A stretch of 61,249 bases of DNA, from NCBI GenBank assembly GCA_046536675.1, contig JAWDMK010000001.1, positions 1 through 61,249 of the forward strand, given 5' to 3'. The translations under genes and the position numbers were made by a program. This document shows positions 1-7,033 of this stretch, one piece after another. This DNA is from Candidatus Micrarchaeota archaeon (lineage in GTDB: Archaea > Micrarchaeota > Micrarchaeia > Micrarchaeales > CABMGC01). Position 1 is the first letter of the stretch, and the number at the start of each line of letters is the position of its first letter. The notes under the pieces are model-generated. The model saw nothing but the letters and a program-made list of their open reading frames with translations. It made no database searches and had not been told where the DNA came from.

Positions 1-252
1 CCTCTCTTGAGGTCTGAATGAGATTTCTTCGCCCCTAACTGTAAATGATTTATTTCCAACATAAAATTTAAATACTGCTGTTTTTTTAATGACCTTTTTA
101 ATACCATTCTTTGTCTCTAATATGAGCGTATTCTTTGTTTCATCTATAACCTTGCCTTCTACTCCTTTCTGTTTTTTGTCTAGGCATTCTACAATCTTAG
201 CCCTTAGCCCTATAAGCTCACTTAGGACTATGTTCTTGTTGTTGTATTGCAT
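1..252 (-). CDS. rnp1: RNase P protein component 1 (Rpp29/Pop4 family); the C-terminus runs off the window edge
   Basis: My own minus-strand translation from ATG 252-250 gives MQYNNKNIVLSELIGLRAKIVECLDKKQKGVEGKVIDETKNTLILETKNGIKKVIKKTAVFKFYVGNKSFTVRGEEISFRPQER. The LIGL...G.EGKV.DETKNTL..E...F.F...G..RP.ER pattern matches archaeal Rpp29 as I remember it. It is absent from the ORF track because there is no stop inside the window. Confidence 0.7.
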   Translation of the reverse strand, partial: MQYNNKNIVLSELIGLRAKIVECLDKKQKGVEGKVIDETKNTLILETKNGIKKVIKKTAVFKFYVGNKSFTVRGEEISFRPQER

Positions 253-350
253 GTATTGAAATGCTTTGTTGAGATATTTATATCTAAGTATGATTTTTAA
301 GTATAAATTAATACATCAAGCTATAAAAACCTTATCGATATTAATGCAAT

Positions 351-1598
351 TTATCTTATTATAACCTTGTCAGAAATATCTACAATCCTATCAATCTTGT
401 AAGCGATTTTTGTGCCAAAGCTTGTATTTATAAACACTAGCCCTTTCTTTATATCAACTTCGGCAGCCTTTCCTATAAGTGCACCCAACTCATTAACTAC
501 AAGCTTATCCTTTATCCTTTTCTTGCGAATCGCTTCCTTCCTAAGATAGCTTGTAAGGTATGAGATTGCAATGCCAATAATTATTGCAATGATTGTATAA
601 AGAAGGAACTGACTAAAGAATATTTGGCCAATGATCCATGCAACGAAAGAATATACGAGGACCCAGAAGATTATTGTTGAGCCTATATACATGCCATAGT
701 TTAATCCTTTGAATATGTATCTCCTGCCTTTTACATCTATTATCCTGCCTATAAGATAAAGTATTAGTGAGATAGGAAGAAGAAGCATAAAGCCTTCTAT
801 AGCATATGCCCATATTGTAAGCTGATCGCTTGTTATGCTAGACTCTGCGAAGTAGTTTCCACCAGCGATGAAAAGAGATGCTACAAAGAATACAATTGCG
901 CTTAGATAGAAAACAAAACTCATTCTATCTATACTAAAGCCAAAGCCCTTAAATGAATTAAGCAGCGCGTCTTCCAAGCCAAAGCCTTTTATAATGAGGT
1001 ATAAACCTATTAAGCCAACTGGAAGCTCCCAGCCAGTTCCTATAGCATAGCTTATAGCAAATAGCAATAGTAGCAATGCAGGAATTCCAAATACAATCCT
1101 TGCATAATGAGGTTCCTTGAGCTTTTCAAGTATAACAAAATATGTATTCTCAAAACTCTCAGCCTGCTTCATTGTGACCAAATTTACACTATTGATCTTT
1201 ATCCTTGATTCTATTATAGGTAATACCCTATTGTCGCTTGCGCCATCTGTAACAAAAACGCATGCATCAGCTTTGTATTGGTCAAGTACGAGCTCAAGTT
1301 GCCTCGCAACCTCCCTATCTGCGGCGTAGCCTTCTGTTTCAGAGCCTGTTATTGTAGCAACATTTACAAGATAACCTTCTTTTTTAAGCTCATCATATAT
1401 TTTCACCGCCTTAAACATCGTATTGGCATCTGTCTCTTCAGGATCTGCAAGCGAGAGCTGAGTAGCTGCATTCAAATTTTGAACACGCCCAAGAACAGGG
1501 CCAGAAATTCCAGTTTTTCTGTATAAATCATTATCTATGTCTACCGCCAAAACGAGAAGACGCTCATCCTTATTCTTTATGCCGGTTTTTTCCTGCAT
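351..1598 (-). CDS. DUF373-family archaeal integral membrane protein
   Basis: 415 aa. A soluble N-terminal domain (LVLAVDIDNDL...VTDGASDN) is followed by about 7 TM helices, which is the typical DUF373 architecture. Confidence 0.65.
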   Translation of the reverse strand: MQEKTGIKNKDERLLVLAVDIDNDLYRKTGISGPVLGRVQNLNAATQLSLADPEETDANTMFKAVKIYDELKKEGYLVNVATITGSETEGYAADREVARQLELVLDQYKADACVFVTDGASDNRVLPIIESRIKINSVNLVTMKQAESFENTYFVILEKLKEPHYARIVFGIPALLLLLFAISYAIGTGWELPVGLIGLYLIIKGFGLEDALLNSFKGFGFSIDRMSFVFYLSAIVFFVASLFIAGGNYFAESSITSDQLTIWAYAIEGFMLLLPISLILYLIGRIIDVKGRRYIFKGLNYGMYIGSTIIFWVLVYSFVAWIIGQIFFSQFLLYTIIAIIIGIAISYLTSYLRKEAIRKKRIKDKLVVNELGALIGKAAEVDIKKGLVFINTSFGTKIAYKIDRIVDISDKVIIR

Positions 1599-1718
1599 TG
1601 TATCATATTATTTTGATAAGATAATATTTAAATACTGTTTATTCCTTCGCTTTTTTGCAATTCATTAAGCGATAATAAGAATTAAAAATACTTAACGCTT
1701 AATTATTCTTGTGGTTGC

Positions 1719-2348
1719 ATGGGATTCGGAAATGATTTAGGATTAGCATGGAGCATAATAAAGAATCCTGGGAAGTTCGCTGGTAAGCAGATGAGCTATT
1801 TATCTGCGTTGAAGCTTTATTATGAAGTCACCATAATACCGTTTATACTCTCGCTCGTTGTTGGCATACCCATAATTCTACTTGGAGTAAACATGTTTCT
1901 CATGCCATTCAGCAACCTACTCATAGGTGCAGGGCTTACCATTGCCTTTATAATAGGCTTAATCCTCTCACTATGGATTATAGTGCCAATAGGTATATTC
2001 ATAAACGCATTTATTTATCAGATCGTAGGAAAGTATATTTTAAATGCGTGGAACAAAGATTATGAAAAAACTTTCGTTGCTACGCTTTTTGGTACGCTGC
2101 CAGAAGTATTTCTTTACTGGCTTCTTCCTATTCCTTTACTTAACGTTGCTGTTGTTGTAGCAATGGTTGTATGGGATTTAATAGTTCTAACAATAAGTTT
2201 GTCACTACAGCAGAGGACTAGTAGGATAAATGCGTTTGTAGCAATAGTTGCATCTGTGCTCTTTGTAATAATAATAGCATTCCTCTTTATGGCACTTATT
2301 TCCTCTATGATAGTACCTGCAGTAGGCATCATGCCACATTTTATCTAA
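1719..2348 (+). CDS. Polytopic membrane protein, function unknown (possibly Yip1-like)
   Basis: 209 aa with 5-6 hydrophobic segments and an ATG start. No catalytic motif recognised. Confidence 0.45.
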   Translation: MGFGNDLGLAWSIIKNPGKFAGKQMSYLSALKLYYEVTIIPFILSLVVGIPIILLGVNMFLMPFSNLLIGAGLTIAFIIGLILSLWIIVPIGIFINAFIYQIVGKYILNAWNKDYEKTFVATLFGTLPEVFLYWLLPIPLLNVAVVVAMVVWDLIVLTISLSLQQRTSRINAFVAIVASVLFVIIIAFLFMALISSMIVPAVGIMPHFI

Positions 2349-2362
2349 AAGCTTCATTATTT

Positions 2363-2653
2363 TTATTCTTTCTTTTTTGCCTTCATCTTAAATCTTAATT
2401 CTAAGAAACTTTCTATCATCTTCTCGTAATGTGACATGAACAAAAGCACGAGAAAGAGAAATACAGATAGCAAGACCACAGCGGTAAGACCATAGTTTAG
2501 GTATTTAAGGACAAGATCTAACTCTTTTGCATATAGGTGCACAGATACAAGCGTAACAATAGCTATACCAGCATCAAAACCAAGTGAACCATATGCTATA
2601 TACTCAAGCAGCTTTTTTATCTTCTCTATCCTTTTAAGAGTTGAATAGCGCAT
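2363..2653 (-). CDS. Small membrane protein, unknown function
   Basis: 96 aa with two clear TM helices and a K-rich C-terminus. Confidence 0.35.
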   Translation of the reverse strand: MRYSTLKRIEKIKKLLEYIAYGSLGFDAGIAIVTLVSVHLYAKELDLVLKYLNYGLTAVVLLSVFLFLVLLFMSHYEKMIESFLELRFKMKAKKKE

Positions 2654-2700
2654 ATTACTTTTTTATGCATAAAAAGTATAATAATATTGGTGTACAAATG

Positions 2701-3279
2701 CTAAAGTTTCTCTAAGAAATTAGCAACAATCTTATTGAAATCATCAGGCCTGTCCAAGTAGCATGCGTGGCGTGCACCTTTTATTATTATAAGCTTACCT
2801 CCAAGCCTTTCTAGCTCTTTGCTCGCAGATTCTGGATTAGATATGTTGTCTAGGCTACCCCACACACCGAGAAGATTTACGCCGCTTAGACTCTTAACTT
2901 CGTTCAGATTTCCAGCACCAACAAGAATAAGGCATTTGACAAGCGATGCATTTTCTTCAGTGAATTTAGCTGCAAGGTAGCCACCAGCACTAGAACCAAG
3001 TAAACATGAGCCTCCAAGCTTTGTTATAAAATCCTTAAGAAAATCAAAAAATAGATCGCTGCTTATCTGCTTGTTCCTGCTTTTAGGAAATCCGGGCTCA
3101 TCTATTGCATATACATTATATCCTATTTTGTTTAAGGCAGTTGGAAGGTTTATCTTGTCCCATACGCTTGATTCAAAACTGTAGCCATGTAGCAGAATAA
3201 TATTCTTTTTACTTCCAGCAGCCTCGCTCTTGAAATAAACGATCTTATTTCCTTTGTAATTTGCTGTTTCTTCTATCAT
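2701..3279 (-). CDS. Alpha/beta-fold hydrolase
   Basis: LLHGYSF oxyanion region, GSSAGG nucleophile elbow (GxSxG), and a late GARH histidine. Confidence 0.7.
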   Translation of the reverse strand: MIEETANYKGNKIVYFKSEAAGSKKNIILLHGYSFESSVWDKINLPTALNKIGYNVYAIDEPGFPKSRNKQISSDLFFDFLKDFITKLGGSCLLGSSAGGYLAAKFTEENASLVKCLILVGAGNLNEVKSLSGVNLLGVWGSLDNISNPESASKELERLGGKLIIIKGARHACYLDRPDDFNKIVANFLEKL

Positions 3280-3284
3280 GAAAC

Positions 3285-3971
3285 TCAGCCCTCTACAACT
3301 GTGCCGCTATGTGCTTTTCCAAGAAGTGCAAGCTCAAGCTCTTTAATTTCGCTTCCTATAAAATCTATTCTTATCTTTGACCTCTTTGCAAGCTTGCTTG
3401 CAACTAAGTCAAATACAAAATTTACTTTTGCCTGCCTTGTATCAAACTGTTCTGCAAGTCTTATAAGCTCGTCATGGCTTATCTTCTTTAGCTTTATAGC
3501 ACCTTTTTTGCTTGGATCTATATTGTAAAGGCCGCTCTCTTTGCTAATATTAACAAGCCTTTTGCAACCTAAAGCTTCACAGCTTACTATCGCCACAGCA
3601 TCTGTTGTAAACCCTGGTATAAAACCAGAAGCAAATATTACCTTGCTACCACTTGCATAAGCCTCTTTAAGCTCGGCAGGATTAGAAACTACATTTGGAT
3701 ACGCTTCTTTGAAAAATGATTTAGCAGCTATTGCATTTGCCTTTGTAAAAGCTATTCCTATTTCATCAAGCACATATTCGCTTACGCCCTCTTTCCTTAG
3801 TGCCTCTATATATTTTCTGTTTGTATAACCACCGCCCGTTACAATAATAAATCGCATATTTTTGAATGCAGGCTTGCTTAGCAGCTCTGCCATGCCATGC
3901 AGATATTTTACATTGAGCCCGTTCTCATTCGAAACAACGCTTCCACCCAAGGAAATGCATATTGTTTGCAT
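3285..3971 (-). CDS. pyrH: Uridylate (UMP) kinase, archaeal type (amino-acid kinase fold)
   Basis: 228 aa. ISLGGSV, VTGGG..NRKYIE, PGFTTDAVA and a C-terminal GT.V motif match archaeal PyrH in length and layout. Confidence 0.7.
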   Translation of the reverse strand: MQTICISLGGSVVSNENGLNVKYLHGMAELLSKPAFKNMRFIIVTGGGYTNRKYIEALRKEGVSEYVLDEIGIAFTKANAIAAKSFFKEAYPNVVSNPAELKEAYASGSKVIFASGFIPGFTTDAVAIVSCEALGCKRLVNISKESGLYNIDPSKKGAIKLKKISHDELIRLAEQFDTRQAKVNFVFDLVASKLAKRSKIRIDFIGSEIKELELALLGKAHSGTVVEG

Positions 3972-4011
3972 AATGGTAATAAGAAGGGAAAACTTAAAAT
4001 TTTACTGCACC

Positions 4012-4147
4012 TGGGGTTGCTGGGATTTGAACCCAGACTTGCGGGTAACTTCTATCACAGATCAAAGCTCCAAATCCTAATCATCGCAAACGCTCAATAA
4101 TATAAACATCTGGAGCCCGCCGCGCTGCCAGGTTACGCAACAACCCC
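4012..4147 (-). tRNA. tRNA-Trp (anticodon CCA) with a 63-nt intron at the canonical 37/38 position
   Basis: Hand-folded cloverleaf. Acceptor GGGGTTG/CAACCCC with A73, D stem GCGT/GCGC, anticodon stem GCGGG/CCCGC, loop CT-CCA-G, T arm CTGGG-TTCAAAT-CCCAG. The anticodon complement TGG is at 4111-4113 and the intron is about 4047-4109. No encoded CCA. Confidence 0.85.
4047..4109 (-). ncRNA. Putative box C/D guide RNA embedded in the tRNA-Trp intron
   Basis: Intron nt 26-32 read AUGAUUA (C-box-like, 4078-4084). An exactly 12-nt spacer GGAUUUGGAGCU (4066-4077) follows, then UUGA (D'-like, 4062-4065), then UGUGAUA (a weak C'-like element). The spacer pairs over 9 positions (one G-U) with GCUCCAGAU spanning the anticodon. 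Confidence 0.5.
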
Positions 4148-4171
4148 AACGATATGCTATCAAATATGATG

Positions 4172-4184
4172 TTTATATTTAAAA
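4172..4184 (-). promoter_or_regulatory. TATA-like box upstream of tRNA-Trp
   Basis: The minus strand reads TTTTAAATATAAA and ends about 25 nt upstream of the tRNA 5' end at 4147. Confidence 0.35.
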
Positions 4185-4222
4185 TCTTTTTCTGAAACCA
4201 AATCAAAGACAAAAAGATAAAG

Positions 4223-4324
4223 CGCTGGGGGTGGGAATCGAACCCACGGAGGCCATTTCTGGCCAAACAGCTTAGCAGGCTGCCGCCCTTTAGTGGGGAT
4301 AGCCTACCACTAGGCGACCCCAGC
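4223..4324 (-). tRNA. tRNA-Ser (anticodon GCU), class II with a long variable arm and an extra insertion of about 14 nt in the D-loop region
   Basis: Acceptor GCTGGGG/CCCCAGC with G73, anticodon arm GCAGC-CTGCTAA-GCTGT (GCT at 4274-4276), variable arm GGCC-AGAAAT-GGCC, T arm GTGGG-TTCGATT-CCCAC. The region between D-stem halves GCC and GGC is 25 nt, against about 11 expected. Confidence 0.8.
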
Positions 4325-4325
4325 A

Positions 4326-4605
4326 TGCAGCAGGAGCTGGCTTTGCAAATATATAAGCGCATAAGGTTTACTAGGCTTCCGCTCTGCTCTGTATCTCCAG
4401 AGCATAGCCCTTTGTACGCTTGCGCTATATACTTAGGGTTGCTCCTTCCGGCCTGGCCCGGTTCATATATAGGACCACCACTGGAGGCAAAGCTTCATCA
4501 CTTCAGCCTAGGCCTCGTGCGCCTATATATTACTCTGCCAGCATTCGGCCCGCCTAAGGGGATTTGCGGTGAGGGAAACCCCTAGCTTCCCGCCTTCCTG
4601 CTGCA
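4326..4605 (-). ncRNA. Signal recognition particle RNA (7S/SRP RNA)
   Basis: The minus strand contains CCGGGCCAGGCCGGAAGGAGCAACCC (4436-4462). This matches the universal helix-8 motif: AGG loop, GGAA tetraloop, AGCA loop. The 5' TGCAGCAGGA (4596-4605) pairs perfectly with the 3' TCCTGCTGCA (4326-4335). The 5' part forms Alu-like nested helices (GGGG..CCCU, CCGC..GCGG). Length is about 280 nt. Confidence 0.75.
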
Positions 4606-4688
4606 AGTATATTGCTCAGCAAAACATTAATAAGATTTCTAAAAATTCTCTAAGGTTGTATAAATTGAAATGAAAAGATAAACAAAAA

Positions 4689-4697
4689 TTTTTATAC
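4689..4697 (+). promoter_or_regulatory. TATA-like box for pyrG
   Basis: TTTTTATAC is centred about 24 nt upstream of the in-frame GTG at 4717, which suggests a leaderless or very short-leader mRNA. Confidence 0.3.
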
Positions 4698-4698
4698 T

Positions 4699-6321
4699 TT
4701 GCATAGAAATATTTATGTGCAAACCAAATTTATTGTTGTACTTGGAAGCGTAATGAGCGGCCTAGGCAAAGGTGTCGCAACTTCTTCTATAATGAAGGTT
4801 CTCTCATTCTATGGCTATAAGGCAATTCCGATTAAGTTTGATGGCTATCTCAATTATGACTGTGGAACAATGAACCCATATAGGCACGGCGAAGTATTTG
4901 TTCTTGATGACAAAAGCGAAGTGGACATGGACTTTGGTATGTATGAGCGCTTCCTGGGAAAAAATCTTAATGGCGACCTCTCTATAACAGGTGGCAAGCT
5001 CTTCAGCGAGATAATAACAAAGGAGAGGCGAGGGGATTATCTAGGTATGGATGTACAGATAATACCACACCTTACAAACCTCATTATAGAAAAGGTAGAG
5101 GATGTTGCAAAAAAGTATAAGCCCGATGTGCTTGTTATAGAAGTTGGCGGAACTGTTGGTGATATTGAGAATAGCTACTTTATTGAGGCAATGAGGCAAC
5201 TTGCACTCAAGCACAAAACGCTTTTTGTAAATGTTACTTATGTGCCTAAGCTAGGTGTGGTTGGGGAACAAAAAACAAAGCCTACACAGTATGCTTTCAA
5301 AACCATAATGGGAAGCGGTATAATTCCAAATTATATATTTTGCAGATCAGAAGAGCGGATTACAGAAAAAACAAAAAACAAGATCTCTATGTATACAAAT
5401 CTGGAGCCTGCGAGAATAATAGATGATTCAGACCTTGCAACTATATATGAATTGCCCCTTCACCTAATGAAGCAAAATTTTGACAAGCTATTGATAAATG
5501 ACCTAGGCTTAGAAAAAAGAAACTTAGACAAAGAAAAGGTTAAGAAGTGGAGCGAGATTGTCGAGAAAATAAAAAATCCAGAAAAGAATGTTGAGGTAGC
5601 AATCGTAGGCAAATATACAGAGCTTAAAGACGCTTATATTAGCGTGAAGGAAGCGCTTGTGCATGCTGGTGCAGCTGTTAATGCTGGAGTTAATATAAGA
5701 TGGATTGAATCAAGCGATTTAGAAAAAGGTGATTTAAGCAAGCTAGACGGAGTTGATGGAATAATAGTGCCAGGCGGCTTTGGGAGTAGAGGTATAGAGG
5801 GTAAGATAAATGCAATAAAGTTTGCAAGAGAAAACAAAATACCTTACTTAGGTCTTTGCCTTGGCATGCAACTCATGGTTGTAGAATATGCAAGAAATGT
5901 ATGCGGCTTAGAAGGCGCAAATTCGACAGAATTTGACAAGAAAACGAAGTATAATGTTATAGACCTTATACCTTCGCAAAGAAAAATAAAGATGAAAGGA
6001 GCAACGATGAGGCTCGGTGCTTGGAAGTGTAAGATAGTAAAGAAGGATTCAATTGCGTATAGGGCTTACAACAAAAAGATAATATCAGAAAGGCACAGGC
6101 ATAGATATGAGGTAAACAACGCTTATAAAAGAATTCTTGAAAAGAACGGGCTTGTAATATCGGGCTTAACGCCAGACAACAAGCTTGTTGAGATCGTAGA
6201 ATGGAAAGATAGCTTTGGAATAGGTACACAGGCACATCCCGAGCTTAAATCGAAGGTTGAGGAGCCTGCGCCACTCTTTGTAAGTTTTCTAAATGCTGCA
6301 ATCAAGAGAAGAAAGATTTGA
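4699..6321 (+). CDS. pyrG: CTP synthase
   Basis: FIVVLGSVMSGLGKG N-terminus, a C-terminal class-I glutamine amidotransferase domain with GLCLGMQ, and HRHRYEVN. The track start is TTG 4699. GTG 4717 (giving MQTKFIVV) is the more likely start. Confidence 0.95.
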   Translation: MHRNIYVQTKFIVVLGSVMSGLGKGVATSSIMKVLSFYGYKAIPIKFDGYLNYDCGTMNPYRHGEVFVLDDKSEVDMDFGMYERFLGKNLNGDLSITGGKLFSEIITKERRGDYLGMDVQIIPHLTNLIIEKVEDVAKKYKPDVLVIEVGGTVGDIENSYFIEAMRQLALKHKTLFVNVTYVPKLGVVGEQKTKPTQYAFKTIMGSGIIPNYIFCRSEERITEKTKNKISMYTNLEPARIIDDSDLATIYELPLHLMKQNFDKLLINDLGLEKRNLDKEKVKKWSEIVEKIKNPEKNVEVAIVGKYTELKDAYISVKEALVHAGAAVNAGVNIRWIESSDLEKGDLSKLDGVDGIIVPGGFGSRGIEGKINAIKFARENKIPYLGLCLGMQLMVVEYARNVCGLEGANSTEFDKKTKYNVIDLIPSQRKIKMKGATMRLGAWKCKIVKKDSIAYRAYNKKIISERHRHRYEVNNAYKRILEKNGLVISGLTPDNKLVEIVEWKDSFGIGTQAHPELKSKVEEPAPLFVSFLNAAIKRRKI

Positions 6322-7033
6322 ATAAGGCTATACCCTGCTTTACCCCTGCTTTTGATGAACCTGCACTCCTTACATGAAATACATAAGGGACTTCAGCGAT
6401 TCTTGCATCTTTGCTCTTTATACACTTTAGGAAATCGAAAAGGACCTTATAACCTTCACCAACAAACCTTTTCTTATTTGCTTTGTATACGTTTTCAAAG
6501 AGCTCTTTCTTAATACCGAAATAGCCAGAAAATATGTCACCACATCTTGCACTTCCTTCCAAATAAAGCACAAGATAGCCAATATATATAAGCAAGCGCG
6601 AGATTATCTTTCTATACAAAGCCCAGTTCTTTACGCTCGCCCTTGTAGCCACAACAAGATTATAGCCTTCATCAAACTTCTTCTTTATCTTTTTTATAAC
6701 TTCAAATGGGTGCTGCATATCAGCATCCATTACTATAACATATTTAGTGTTACTAGCCGATATGCCATCGATCACGCTTGCTGTAAGGCCCTTCTTTTTT
6801 CCTCTTCTTTCCAAAAGCTTAACATTCCTGTTCTTTGAACTTATCCTTTTAACAATACCTATAGTTCCATCGGTTGAATTGTCATCGGCAACTATTATTT
6901 TTATTTTAGGATAATTCTTTAGTATTGCATTTATGAGTTTTCCTATAGTCTCTTTTTCGTTAAGCGTAGGAAGGACAACTGTTATTTCCTCAAAACTTTC
7001 TCTCATTCTTATCACGCTGGAAAAGCTCAGCAT
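6302..7033 (-). CDS. GT2-family glycosyltransferase (dolichyl-phosphate hexose synthase-like)
   Basis: VVLPTLNE, ADDNSTDGT and the DXD-type VMDADMQH motif. The likely true start is the internal Met (MRESFEE) at 7006. Confidence 0.8.
   Translation of the reverse strand: MLSFSSVIRMRESFEEITVVLPTLNEKETIGKLINAILKNYPKIKIIVADDNSTDGTIGIVKRISSKNRNVKLLERRGKKKGLTASVIDGISASNTKYVIVMDADMQHPFEVIKKIKKKFDEGYNLVVATRASVKNWALYRKIISRLLIYIGYLVLYLEGSARCGDIFSGYFGIKKELFENVYKANKKRFVGEGYKVLFDFLKCIKSKDARIAEVPYVFHVRSAGSSKAGVKQGIALFKSFFS

Noticed and set aside
4285-4315. Possibility that the extra tRNA-Ser segment (CCC-CACTAAA-GGG) is a second anticodon-like arm or a suppressor-type feature
   Set aside because: The loop would have A rather than U at position 33, the stem is only 3 bp, and a perfectly good GCU anticodon arm follows. 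An intron-like insertion is the simpler explanation.
4081-4585. ORF-track entries 4081-4362 (minus, 93 aa) and 4325-4585 (plus, 86 aa), plus the small ORFs at 3862-4100
   Set aside because: They lie entirely over tRNA-Trp, tRNA-Ser and the SRP RNA. The GC-rich structured RNA lacks stop codons by chance, and the translations are low-complexity with no motifs.
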